From positions 128,001 to 192,000 of the forward strand of contig CAWFAK010000012.1 in the NCBI GenBank assembly GCA_963813715.1: a stretch of DNA of 64,000 nucleotides, in the 5' to 3' direction. The stretch is from an uncultured Planctomycetaceae bacterium (GTDB lineage: Bacteria > Planctomycetota > Planctomycetia > Planctomycetales > Planctomycetaceae). The first letter of the stretch is position 1. The number at the start of each line of letters is the position of its first letter. The notes under the pieces are model-generated. The model was not told the origin of the DNA. It saw only the letters and a list, made by a program, of their open reading frames with translations, and ran no database searches. Of this stretch, positions 11,028 through 22,408 are shown in pieces. The translations under genes were made by a program, and so were the position numbers.

Positions 11028-12706
11028 ATGACACCAGCGGTCCGACTTTCGCCCCAGTTGTCTATCCCGGCCGCCTGCGAAACCGCCTCTGCGGACCGTT
11101 GCCGAAAGTCGGCGATTGCCCTGCAAAAGCAGGGGCGTCTCGACGACGCGATCCGTCTCTATCTCCGCGGCTTGGCGCTCGATCCTCGCGACGCGGCCGG
11201 CTACCGCTGCCTGGGAACGGCGTATAAGCAGCAGGCCAAGCTCGATCTGGCGGCGGCTTGTTTTCGTCGGGCCGTCGAGCTCTGTCCGGCCTTTCCCGAA
11301 GCTTGGAACAACCTGGGCAACACGCGACTCGAGCAGGGCGACCCGGCTCAAGCCGCCGAGTGCTTTGCCCGCGCGTGCCACATCCAGCCCGATTTTGCCG
11401 GGGCGCACTTCAACAGCGTGCAAGCGCTCGACGCGTTGGGCCGGTTCGACGCGGCGATTGCTGCCGGCCGCCGGGCGCTTGAGTTGCGCCGCGCAGCGCC
11501 GAATTCTGCAACGGCCTGGGGATAGCGCTCTTCGGCGCCCAGCGCGTCGACGAAGCAATCGTCTATTACGATCAGGCGTTGGCCCTGCGGCCCGGCTATG
11601 CGGCCGCCCACTACAACCGCAGTCTGGCTTGGCTGACAAAGGGAGACTTCGCTCGCGGTTGGAGCGAGTACGAATGGCGCTGGCAGCTGCCCGGAGTGAC
11701 GCATACGCCGCATCGCCAGCCCCGTTGGGACGGCAGCGTCGCGCCCCACGCCACCATCCTGCTCGACGCCGAACAGGGTTTAGGCGACACGATTCAATTC
11801 GCGCGCTACGCTCCGCTGGTGAAGTCGCGAGTTGGGCGAGTGATCCTGCGTTGCCAGAAGCCGCTAGTCGGACTCTTGCGTTCGCTGGCAGGCGTCGACG
11901 TGTTGCTCACGCAGGAGGATGCATTGCCGGAGTTCGACGCGTGGCTGCCGCTCCTGAGCGTGCCGCAGTTCTTCACGCCGTCGACCGAGTCAATTCCCGG
12001 CACCGTTCCGTATCTTTCGCCCGACGAATCGCACGTTCGTTTCTGGCAGGCGCGGATCGAGGGCTACGCCGGTTTGCGCGTCGGCATTCACTGGCAGGGG
12101 AATCCGGCCTTTCCGAAGGACCGCTTTCGTTCGATGCCCCTGTCCTGCTTCGAACCCTTGGCTAAGCTGCCCGGTGTGCGGCTCTTCAGCCTGCAGAAAG
12201 GAACTGGAACCGAGCAGCTCGCGCAGCGCTCGGCGACTTTTCCGGTCGTCGATTTCGGCCTCACGCTTAGTGAAATTCACGGTCCATTTCTCGATACGGC
12301 CGCGATCTTGCGCTGCCTGGACGCGGTGGTCACGTCCGACACGTCGCTCGCCCATTTGGCCGGCGCTTTGGGAGTTGAGACCTGGCTGGCCGTGCCGCAC
12401 GTTCCCGAATGGCGCTGGCTGTTGGAGCGCGAGAACACGCCCTGGTATCCGTCGCTGCATCTGGTGCGGCAGCCGGAAGTCGGCCAGTGGGGCGGCGTGT
12501 TCACGCGAATTACAGCCGCCATTCGTCAGCGCGGTGCACTCGCCGCGGAAAAGTCTCGCTGCTTCCCGGAATCTGCCCGACTTGCCCACTCGGTAAAACC
12601 CAAAATTCAAGCCAGACTTGCGCCCGGCCGATACCATCCGATGCGGCTGCGTCTCGGCCGCAGACGGGCCGCATTGCGCCGCGACCGTATTCCAGGGTGG
12701 CTTTGA
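11028..12706 (+). CDS. TPR + GT-B (GT9-like) glycosyltransferase, frameshifted near 11490
   Basis: TPRs in ORF 11028; GWSEYEWRW, EQGLGDTIQFARY, VGIHWQGNP, LDAVVTSDTSLAHLAGALG and WYPSL in ORF 11579. The true stop may be earlier than 12706. Confidence 0.82.
12607..12634 (+). promoter_or_regulatory. Sigma28 (FliA)-like promoter of fliD
   Basis: TCAA-N16-GCCGATAC about 70 bp before the fliD ATG; fliD is a classic sigma28 target. Confidence 0.6.
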
Positions 12707-15554
12707 ATGTCGACGATTTCAAGTAGCTCCAGCACCTCCTCGCCAACGACGATCGTCAACACCAACGGAACGGTGGCGCCGGTCACGTCGTCGGTCGGGC
12801 CCGTCAGCGGTATCAACTACCAGGCGCTGATCACCGCGCTCGAGGCGAGCCAGCAAGCACAGGTCACCGACCTGCAGAACGACATCACGAAAGTGCAGGG
12901 GCAGGAGACCGGCTACCAGACGCTGGAGGCGAATCTCGCGCCGGCGACAACGGCACTACAATCACTCGCGCAGCCATCGACCTTTGAGGATTACCAGGTC
13001 CAGTTGTCCGACCCGACGCAGCTCAACGTGACGGCTGGCACCAGCGCGGCCCCGGGTTCGTACCAGTTCCAGGCGCTGCAGCTGGCTTCGAACCAGACCG
13101 ACCTGTCGACCGGTTTCGTTAATGAAAACTCGCAGGCCGTCGGGGCCGGAACGCTGACCATCGCAGCTGGCGGGGGACTGGCGCCTCCCACGCTACTGGC
13201 CGCGCTCAACGGCAACTCGGGCGTGCAGGCGGGGACGATCAGCATCACGGACGGCGCGGGACACTCGACGACGGTCAATCTGTCGAACGCCTACTCCGTC
13301 AACGACGTCGTCAACGCGATCAACGACAACGGCGTGGCGGATGTCACGGCCTCAGTCTCCGGCGGACACCTCGTCATCACCGATACCTCGGGCGGCTCGG
13401 GCACGCTCAGCGTGGCCAACGTCGACGGCGACCAGACGGCAACCGACCTGGGCATCGCCCAAACGAGCACCACCGGCACCATCACCGGGCAGGACGTTTA
13501 CCAGACCACGGACAACACGCTTCTCTCGCAGATCAACGACGGCAACGGCCTCTATACGGTGTCCGGCGTGTCCGACATGGAAGTCACGCTCTCCAACGGC
13601 ACGCAGCTGCAAGTGAACCTGGGCGGTGCCGAAACCGTCGGCGATGTCCTGAACGACATCAATAACGCCACCGGTAACAACGGGCTGCTGGTCGCCTCGC
13701 TGTCCAACGGCGGGATTCAACTCACCGACAACAGCGGCGGCTCGGGCACGCTTTCCGTCAGCAACCAGAACTCGGCGTCGGTCGTCAGCGAGCTGGGATT
13801 GAACGTGGCCGCGAACGGCAACACGATTTCCGGCACGCCTCTCTTGGCCGGCATGAACTCGGTGCTGTTGTCGAACTTGAACGGCGGCCAAGGCATCACG
13901 CAGACGGGCGAGATCGAGCTGCAGGACCGCACCGGCCAAACCGCGACGATCAACCTCGCCGGGGCGACCTCGCTTAGCCAGGTCATCGATGCCATCAACT
14001 CGGCCACGACTACCGGCGGGCAGAAGCTCGATCTCACCGCAAGCATCGATCAGGCCGGCAACGGCATCGAGGTCACCGACACGTCGGGCTCGACGGCCGA
14101 CAACCTCGTGATTCAGGACGTCGGCGGCAGCACGCTCGCGACACAGCTGGGGATTTCGGTCAACGCGGCTACCAGCTCGGTCGATTCGGGACCGCTCGAC
14201 TTGCAGTACGTCAACGGGTCGACCAGCCTGTCGACTTACGCGCCGGGCGGAACCGCCGTGCCGAACGGAGACTTCACGATCACCAACTCCGCCGGCAAAA
14301 CTGCCACGATTGCCCTCACTAGCTCGGATAAGACGTTGGGCGACGTGATGGGCCTGATTAACACGTCCGGACTCAACGTCACCGCTGCAGCTCAATAGCA
14401 CCGGCGACGGCATCGTGCTGACGGACAATGCCGGCGGAAGCGGGGCCCTGTCGGTCAAGGACGATAACGGGGGCACGACGGCGACCGACCTGCGGATTGC
14501 CGGGACGGGCACCTTGAACTCGGACAATCAATCGCAGATCGACGGACGCTCCGCCACCGTCATCACCATCTCTTCGACCGACACGCTGCAGAATCTCGTC
14601 AATGCCATCGGCCAGTCGGGCAGCGTTAGCGCCTCGATCGTCAACGACGGATCGGCGTTCGACCCGTACCACCTGGCACTGACGTCCAACACCAACGGCG
14701 CGGCCGGGCAGTTTTTCGTCACCGAGACGGGGGGCAACCTGGGCTTTCAGACGACGACGCAGGCTTCCAACGGGCTGTTGCGCGTCGGTTCGGGTTCGTC
14801 CGGATTCATCCAGACGTCGAGCACCAACGAGTTCACAAACGCGCTGCCCGGCCTCAACGTGCAGCTGTTGGCGACGGGCCAGAGTCCGGATACGGCAACG
14901 GTGACGCAGGACACCTCGGGCATCGTGACGGCGTTGCAGAACTTCGTGTCGAACTACAACAACTTCGTGTCGGAATCGCAGACGCTGACGTCGTTCAACA
15001 CGACGACCGATACGGGCGGCGCGCTCGAAGGCTCGCCGACCGTGATGGAGGCACAAAGCCAGCTCGCCCAGCTGGTTACGCAAACCTTCGGTTCGGGCTC
15101 GAGCGGCATCTCCAGTCTGGTCGACTTGGGGATCACCATCGGGTCCAACGACCAGCTGGCCTTTAACGAAACGACGCTGCAAAACGCGCTGCAGGCTAAT
15201 CCAGCGAGCGTGGCCAGCTTCTTCACGACGGCAAAGACGGGTTTCGCGACCGTCGCCCAAACCACGCTCAACGCCATCACGGCCCCGCAAACGGGCTCCT
15301 TCAGCGTGGCGAGCGACACGCTGAACGACTCGATCACCAACTACCAGAACCGCATCACCGAACTCAACCAGATTCTCACCGACCAGGAAAACCAGCTCTC
15401 GCAGACGTTTGCCAACCTCGAGACGAACCTGGCGAAAATGCAGGCCCAGCAGCAATACGTGGGGCTGATCGCCCAGGATAGCCCTAGCAACAGCAACAGC
15501 AGCTCATCCAGCTCGAGCAGTAGCAGCAGTAGTAGCAGCAGCAAGGTCGCCTAG
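12707..15554 (+). CDS. fliD: Flagellar filament cap protein FliD, ~948 aa, frameshifted near 14385
   Basis: N-terminal GPVSGINYQALITALEA and PGSYQFQALQLA; C-terminal LPGLNVQLL, LQNFVSNYN, LVDLGITI and QENQLSQTFANLETNLAKMQAQQ; followed by fliS. Confidence 0.88.
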
Positions 15555-15622
15555 GCCAACCCAGCCTGACCGCCCGCGCGGTCGAGCGATTGCCGCCGCA
15601 TTCCACGGAGAGAATCGAAGCG

Positions 15623-16047
15623 ATGTCCTTTTCCACCGAGTATCTCGAAACCAAAGTCCTGACCGCGACCCCGCACCAGTTGCACTTGTTGGTCATCGAC
15701 GGAGCGATTCGCCACGCCACCTCGGCCGAAGCAGCCCTACTTGCCGGCGACTTCGCCCGGGCCGACGCTCAGCTCGAGCGCTCGAACCAATGCGTCTCTG
15801 AGCTGATGGCCGGCCTCAAATCGAATCGACAGCCACAGCTCGTCGAGCAGTTGAAGGCGGTCTTCGTCTTCGTGCAGCGGACCCTGGGGCAAGCCCAACT
15901 CCGGCACGACCCGCGCGCCTGGCCGACGCACTGCCGGTCCTGCGCCTCCATCGCGAGACGTGGGTGGCGCTGGGCAAGAAGCTGGCCCAAGAATCGGCAG
16001 CGGACGTCCCGGCGGAGGCAGGGTCCGGCTACTCCTGGTCTTCGTAA
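15623..16047 (+). CDS. fliS: Flagellar export chaperone FliS, frameshifted near 15915
   Basis: YLETKVLTATPHQLHLLVIDGAIR...; the shifted frame continues LADALPVLRLHRETW to TAA 16047. Confidence 0.85.
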
Positions 16048-16235
16048 TCGCGAGCGACCGGCGAGCTGCCGCGTTTTCACCTGCCGGGTTATCACCCGAA
16101 CCGGCGGCGGTCTCACTGGTGCAGCCGCCGTTTCGTCCGGTCGTCAGGCCGAGTATCATCGCGGTGCAAGAGCGCCAGCCGATCGGCGGCGGTGCCGCGC
16201 GCTTCGACTCCCTCGCTCCCGGACTGCCAGCGGCA

Positions 16236-16892
16236 ATGATCCCACGCGTTCTCGAACCGGAGGTCATGGACACCGACGAAGAGGCCATCGACTACAACAC
16301 GATGGATCATTCGCAGGTGAACCGCGTCTTCGTCGACGACCTGATGCGCTTAAACGGCCCGACCCGCGTGCTCGACGTCGGCACGGGCACGGCGCTCATC
16401 CCGATCGAGCTTTGCCGCCGGGGCGATCAATGGCGCGTGGTCGCCGTCGATTTGGCCCGGTCGATGCTCGACGTCGGCGGTAAAAACGTTGCGGAGGCGG
16501 GGCTTGCGCATGCGATCGAGCTGAAACTGGTCGACGCCAAGCGGCTGCCGTTCGACGACGGCGCGTTCCCCGTAGTGATGTCCAACAGCATCATCCACCA
16601 CATCCCTCATCCGGCCGACTGCCTGGCCGAGATGATCCGCGTCGTCGCGCCGCAGGGGCTGCTGTTCGTCCGCGATCTCTTGCGGCCGGACACTGAGTCA
16701 CATCTCAAGCACCTGGTCCAAACCTACGCCGGCGACTCGGACGCCCATCAGCAAAAGATGTTCGCCGAGTCGCTGCACGCCGCGCTCACGCTCGAAGAGA
16801 TCCGCGGCCTGGCCGGCAAATTCGGCATCGCCCCCATCTGCGTTCAGCAGACCACCGACCGCCACTGGACGCTGGCCTGGAAGCGCGGCTAA
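16236..16892 (+). CDS. Class I SAM-dependent methyltransferase
   Basis: MIPRVLEPEVMD start; VLDVGTGTA, VDAKRLPF and SNSIIHH motifs. Confidence 0.88.
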   Translation: MIPRVLEPEVMDTDEEAIDYNTMDHSQVNRVFVDDLMRLNGPTRVLDVGTGTALIPIELCRRGDQWRVVAVDLARSMLDVGGKNVAEAGLAHAIELKLVDAKRLPFDDGAFPVVMSNSIIHHIPHPADCLAEMIRVVAPQGLLFVRDLLRPDTESHLKHLVQTYAGDSDAHQQKMFAESLHAALTLEEIRGLAGKFGIAPICVQQTTDRHWTLAWKRG

Positions 16893-17070
16893 ATCGACGT
16901 GCTCCCTGACGGCCGCACGCGCGCGACATCCGGAAGAGTCACGCGGGAACGATTGCGCGGGTCCTGACCGGCGAGCCGCCAGGCAAGGGTCTGCCCACCC
17001 GAAGGTGACGGTTGCCCGCAGAGAGTGCTGTCGTCCACCGGCCGGGAGCCCGCAAAGCTTCGCTGTTCGC

Positions 17071-17098
17071 TCAAGTCCCCGCGAAGAGCGGACGATTA
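17071..17098 (+). promoter_or_regulatory. Sigma28-like promoter
   Basis: TCAA-N16-GACGATTA, the same geometry as the fliD promoter. Confidence 0.35.
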
Positions 17099-17160
17099 AG
17101 TCTACGCATTTTGACTCGTTTCACCTGGCAAACCCTCCGAAACCGCCGCCGGAGCCCTCC

Positions 17161-17484
17161 ATGCCGACGATCCCGCTGGATGCCCGACCGACTCGATTGC
17201 GGACCCGTCTCGAAGATTCGCTCATCCGCTTGCAGACCGTACTCCGCCGGGGCATCCAGCGGGAAGCCGACGATGAAACGCTCTACGCACAGTGGCAGAG
17301 CCGTTGGGCCGGTCGCCGCGAGGAGCTGTCCCGACGGCTGACCGCCATCGACAGCCAACTCGAGTCGTGGGCGCCCGAGAGCCGGTCCACGCCCCGCCTG
17401 GCCGTCCTCGGCGACTGCGAGGAGACGGCGATGTTCGGATTCTGCGACGAGTCGGGATTTGGGCCTTTGATCGAAGTAAGGTGA
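17161..17484 (+). CDS. Hypothetical protein (helical/coiled-coil-like)
   Basis: ATG 17161 after GGAG; protein-like sequence; no family recognised. Confidence 0.55.
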   Translation: MPTIPLDARPTRLRTRLEDSLIRLQTVLRRGIQREADDETLYAQWQSRWAGRREELSRRLTAIDSQLESWAPESRSTPRLAVLGDCEETAMFGFCDESGFGPLIEVR

Positions 17485-17534
17485 GCGGTCGGCCGTCCCG
17501 GCATCAAAGAAACGGCGGCTGACCTTACCTGTGC

Positions 17535-18548
17535 TTAGCGGGCAATCGCGCCGCGTCCGCCCGCGGCTTGCGGCTCGCGGAAGAGCTGCTCGGAAAGTCC
17601 GTGGTCGCTGGCCATGCCGAGCGTCTTGTGCCCCGACTTCACGATGCCGTAGGCCGCTCCCTGCGCGCGTAGCGTCAGCAGGGCTTCCAGCTTGCTGGCG
17701 CTCGCGTCGATGACGGGCATGGCGCGGGCCAGCGCCGTCAGCGGCCGCTGCGTTAGCGAGACGTCCGCCACGCGGACGTAGGCAAACCAGGCGTCGGCCC
17801 CGGTGGTGCGGCGGAGGGCCACGTTGGTCAATCCGTATCGGCGGGCGAAACTCAACACGTCGTCCCGGCTCGCGTTCTCCGCCAGGCCCAGAATCCGGTT
17901 GGTCGGGGTGACCGACGACTGGACCGATTGCACGGCCAGATGCGTCATTCCCTCGATCAGCTTGCGTTGCACGTCCAACAGCAGCCCCTCTTGGTGCCCC
18001 TGGCTGAGCACTTGCACCAGCCGCGCCCGCCCGAGGAGTTGTCCGGGCCGATTCGCGGCCGTGCGGCTGAAGCGCTGCAGCACGCTGGTGAGCGCCATCA
18101 AGGGAAAACTGATCGGCAGGAACAAGCGATAAAACAGCGCGAACCAGCCGACGTTCCGTCGCAAGAGCCAGAGCGGCGCCCGATAATACAGGTTCTTGGG
18201 AATCAGCTCGCCGAAGGTGAAGACGAACGGCGCGATGAGCAGCGTCGCGACGACCTCGACCGCCATTCCCTCGGACAGCCCCGCCTCGACCGCGGCAATT
18301 CCCACCGCGACCGTCAGCAGATAGTGCGCGACGTTGTTGCCGATGAGCGCAGTCACGACGAAATTCGTCGGATTCTGGCAGAACCAGAGGATGCGTTTGG
18401 CGATTGGATCGCCGGCCTGCGCATCGATGCTCACTCGCAAATAGCTCGCACGGTAAAAACCCGTTTCGGCGCCGCTGAAAAAGGCAGCCAGCCGCAGCCC
18501 GAAGACGAACAGCGCGAGGGCCCCCAGGTAGGGCAACATGCCGCTCAT
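17535..18548 (-). CDS. CNNM/DUF21 domain membrane protein
   Basis: AFFSGAETGFY, LIGNNVA and FTFGELIPK motifs; start overlaps the upstream stop (ATGA). Confidence 0.85.
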   Translation of the reverse strand: MSGMLPYLGALALFVFGLRLAAFFSGAETGFYRASYLRVSIDAQAGDPIAKRILWFCQNPTNFVVTALIGNNVAHYLLTVAVGIAAVEAGLSEGMAVEVVATLLIAPFVFTFGELIPKNLYYRAPLWLLRRNVGWFALFYRLFLPISFPLMALTSVLQRFSRTAANRPGQLLGRARLVQVLSQGHQEGLLLDVQRKLIEGMTHLAVQSVQSSVTPTNRILGLAENASRDDVLSFARRYGLTNVALRRTTGADAWFAYVRVADVSLTQRPLTALARAMPVIDASASKLEALLTLRAQGAAYGIVKSGHKTLGMASDHGLSEQLFREPQAAGGRGAIAR

Positions 18549-19834
18549 GCCGGCGCCTCCGGGGCGGGTTGGTCGCGGGTGAGCATGGCCCGCAGCCGGC
18601 CGCGCTTCGAGACTTCGATCACGCGGATGCGGAAGTCGTGCCAAAAGCACTCGTCGCCGACGGCGGGCAAGTGCTCCAGCTTTTCCTGCAGCAAGCCGGC
18701 GAGCGTCACGAGTGCGTCGGCGTCAGCGTCGTAATCGATGCCCAGCCGGCCGGCCAGGTGCCGCAGCGAAGTAATTCCCTCGGCGTGATAGCAGCCGGGA
18801 GCGACTTCGAGCACAGGGGGCCGCGACAACACGCGGGCCGCCCGATCGGGCTCGGGGATCAATACGGTGTTGAGGATGTCGTCGTAAGTGAGCATCCCGA
18901 TGGTCTCGCCAAACTCGTTAACCACCGACGCGACGCTGACCACTTGCTCTCGCAAGAGCGTCAGCACGGCGCCCAACTTGGCGCACCAGGGCACATGCAC
19001 CACGTCCTCCGCCCCCTCCGCCAGGTGCTCCCCAGAAATCATCGAATAGCTCGACAGGGCGATGGCCGACTCGACGTCATCGCTCCCTTCGCGGACGACG
19101 GCCACGTAGTCGCTGTCCGGCATCCGCGACGGCCAGATCCAGCACGCGGACCGGCGTCCGGCACGTCGGATACGTGCCCCGCGGCCGCATCACTTCCTCC
19201 GCCGTGATGTCCGACAGGTCGAGGATGTTGTGCAGGATCTGTTTTTCCTGGCGGATCATTTCCTCGCTCAAGTCGGAAACGTTGACCGCGTTCTCAAGAT
19301 CTTCGGGGCTGAGATAGGGCTCTTGATGGATGTGCGGCAGAAACGTCCGCCGGGCAATCCGCGTCAGCCCGCGAAAGAAGGGGAGCGCGGGGTCGAGCAG
19401 CCGAATCATGGCGACGATCGGCAGTGTGACCAACGGCGCCACGCGCCGTCGAAAGAGCGCGGCCGCCACCTTCGGCACAACCTCGCCGAAGAGCAAGAGC
19501 GCGATCAGCGACACGAAACCGAACACGGCGGCCGCCGTTCGCAAGCTCGGCCGTCAACAGCCGCTCGGAAACGACGATGCTGACTGCGAAATAGAGCAGG
19601 TTGACGACCAGGTTCCAGAAGAGGATGCCGGTGAGCACCCGGTCGGGGTCGGCCAAGAGGGCGGCGGCCGCCCGTTCGCGGGGGCGTCCCACGCGGAAGG
19701 CGCGGATTTCGTCATGCGAGAGAAAGAAGAGGGCCGTCTCGCTGGCGGACAGAAACGCACTCAGGGCCATCAAGCGCCAGCATGGCCACCAGGCCTGCGA
19801 GCCAACGGTCCGTCGAATGCAGGAATTCGCTCAT
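18545..19834 (-). CDS. CNNM/DUF21 + CBS + CorC-type protein, several frameshifts
   Basis: SAFLSASETALF, LLFGEVVPK, AEEVMRPR, VNEFGETIGMLTYDDIL and VTLAGLLQEKLEHLPAVGD pieces in successive frames. Confidence 0.82.
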
Positions 19835-19938
19835 CGCGAGTGGCGAACCGTACCTTCCAGTTCGGGATCCGGGCTGGCAGCGCCGGCCGCCGGCAGGCGC
19901 GGTGCCGCCGCCAAGGGGCTGCCCGCCGCGCGAATCAA

Positions 19939-19982
19939 CCCATTATCAAAGCAGTGTCCGCCCATTATCAAAACAGTGTCCG
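19939..19982. repeat. 22-bp tandem direct repeat (1 mismatch)
   Basis: CCCATTATCAAAGCAGTGTCCG followed by CCCATTATCAAAACAGTGTCCG. Confidence 0.85.
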
Positions 19983-20082
19983 CGAGAAACAACAGGCGGA
20001 CGAAGAATGGCCGATGAGGGACGCCAAATCAACGCTCGGGCATCGCAAAGTCGCCCATCGGCCAACTGCGTCTGTCTGCGCG

Positions 20083-21844
20083 TCACGTATTGTTGAGCGT
20101 CGTGCGACCCAGCGAGGCATCGAACTCGCTGACGGCGGGGACCAGCATCGCCAGCGTCGTAAAGCCGTAGGCGGTGGCGATGGCGAAACAGACGCCCAGC
20201 GATCCCTGCAGCAGGAATTCGGTGATGGCGTAGAACGTCAGAAACGGAAGCGCGCCGGCCGCCAGCATCAGCGCTGCCGACGGATTGCGATGCGACAACG
20301 ATGCGTACAGGGCAATACTGCCGGCCAGAATGAACACCAGGAAGCTGGCGAACTGCTGGGCGAACGACGAGCGGGCCTCCACCAACAACAGCATGAAGAT
20401 GAAGATGCCGATGAACAGGAAGAAGATCGTCCCCAGGCTGTTGGCGATCGCCGTCCGCGACCGGTCAAAGCTCAACCCGGAATGCAGGCCGAGCATGGCC
20501 GCGAACAGCACCAGCACGGCAAAGCCGATCACCACGTACAGAAACGTCTCGACGGTGACCGTTCCCCCCAGCCAGGCGACGTAGCCGGCCAGGGCCAGCG
20601 GAATAAGGATCAGCTCCTTGGTGTTGTAGAGAATGCCGCCCAGCTTGCCGTAAATGAACTCCTTCGCGGAGACGTCGGTCATCAGCAACAGCTCGAGCGT
20701 CTTGCCGTCGCGTTCGGAAGTGAAGGCGGTGACGGCCTGAGCATTGATGATGATCAGGCTGATCAGGCACAGGCCGACGAAGGCCACGCCGCTGGGCGTA
20801 ATCATCCCCAGCACGAGCTCGCCGGAGGCCGGGTGACGGCTCACCAGATAGCCGATCATCACCGCCATCACCACGTAAGCCGCCTTGATCGCCAGGATCT
20901 TGCGGCCGTAGGCCTTCGTGCAGATTTCCCGCCACACGACCGGGTTGGCCCAGATTCGCCGCGTCTGTGCCACCGGACGCGCGGTGACGACCTTGCCGTC
21001 GGCCGTGAGGGCTTCGTCCTCGGGCATCATGGCTGCGGCGAAGAAGGTGCGCGACGGATTCCAAACACGGAGCCGCAGCAGAGTGATGCCGTTGATCACA
21101 ACCGCCACAATTGCCATCACGAGCAAGAAGTCCCACGAGGCGACGTGGGCGGTCGTCAACCCGTGATGGGCGCTCGAGCGGATCAAGGATCGAAAAGAGG
21201 ACGCGATACGGATCGAGCAGACCGATCCAATGGGCAGCCGCCGAACCGGCGGGCAGCGCGGCCACGATGCCTTCGACCAACCCCAGGAAAATGACAAACC
21301 CTAGCACGGTTACGGCCAGCGTCTGGAACGTTTTCTCGCGCCAATAGGCCACGAGCAGTCCCCAGCTGCCGGCCGGCAGCGCCGACGCGACGCAGATCAC
21401 GAGCGCCCAAATCACCTGGTCGGTGCCCGTGCCCCCCAACAGCGAGACGAAAAACAGCACGGGGATCGACACGACGATCAGCGCCATCACCATCAGCAGG
21501 CTGGCGAACAGTTTGCCAAAGACAAGCTCGTAATCGCGGAGGTCGGTCATCAAGAGCAGGATCAGCGTCTGCCGGTCCTTCTCCTGAGCCACGCCGCTCG
21601 CCGCAAACAAGAGCGCGAAGAACAAAACGAGCGAGAGCTGCACAATGCAGAAGATCTGAAAGACGAGACTGCCGAAGCGGGCCACGTCGCCAAAGCTGCG
21701 GACCTGCTGCCAGCCGAACATCGCCTGCATGGCGGTGTACATCAGCACAAACAGGGCGGCCACATAGCCGGAGCGGATGAGAAAATGCTTCAGCTGACGC
21801 GGCGAAGTCAGCGCCTCACGGCTGAAAATCGGACCGGCAAACAA
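20083..21844 (-). CDS. ABC-2 type transporter permease with two permease halves, frameshifted near 21190
   Basis: GPIFSRE start; QEKDRQTLILLLMTDL..LVFGKL and SERDGKTLELLLMTD..FIYGKL; many transmembrane segments. Confidence 0.82.
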
Positions 21845-22125
21845 CGAAACTCTCCCGACTCGCGGATCGCGGGTGACAGAACGGCCCGCAAAAAAGAACT
21901 CTTAGGCCAACCGTATCCGAGGCGGACAGACCATTCAAGCCGGCCCCCCCGGCGGCTCTGCAATGCCAGTTTGGCCGTCAGCCGGTCGCGTCGGCCGAAT
22001 TTCTCCCGCTGGTGGCGATCGGCTTGAGAGAAAAGTGGCCTTTCTGGGATTCGGCCGGGAAATCCCTCGATTCAGCCCGTACAGCTCGCCGATAACACCT
22101 TAAACGCCCCCCAGGAAATGTCCCC

Positions 22126-22380
22126 ATGCGCTTCGCAACTCGGGCGGCAGCCGCCCTGCTCGTGACGGCAGCCCTCTTCGTGGACGAATCGGCGACCCTC
22201 GCCCGGGCGCCGGTCCTGCCCATCCCGACGCGCCGCCCGTCCCCGTCCGCGATCTCGCCCAAAACGGGCGGCCAGGGCTCGATCATGACCCCCAACTCCA
22301 AGGGGGGCCAGAAGAAGGGCTGGTCGCCGTTCGGCGGCAAGAAGAAAGTCGGCTCGCGACACCTCAACTCGCTGAAGTAG
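22126..22380 (+). CDS. Small basic hypothetical protein with signal-like N-terminus
   Basis: ATG after AGGA; hydrophobic N-terminus, Lys/Gly-rich tail; GCCGATAA at 22088-22095 upstream. Confidence 0.5.
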   Translation: MRFATRAAAALLVTAALFVDESATLARAPVLPIPTRRPSPSAISPKTGGQGSIMTPNSKGGQKKGWSPFGGKKKVGSRHLNSLK

Positions 22381-22408
22381 GCCAGTTCGCTCAAGTGAGT
22401 CGCGATCG

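Noticed and set aside
11490..11530. TAG read-through or programmed frameshifting in split genes
   Set aside because: Each break is fixed by one base and no common slippery site is seen; assembly error is simpler.
19330..21294. 654-aa plus-strand ORF, and similar long ORFs at 44054-45886, 50954-52543 and 60160-61590
   Set aside because: Antisense shadows of recognisable genes, typical of high-GC DNA; no motifs.
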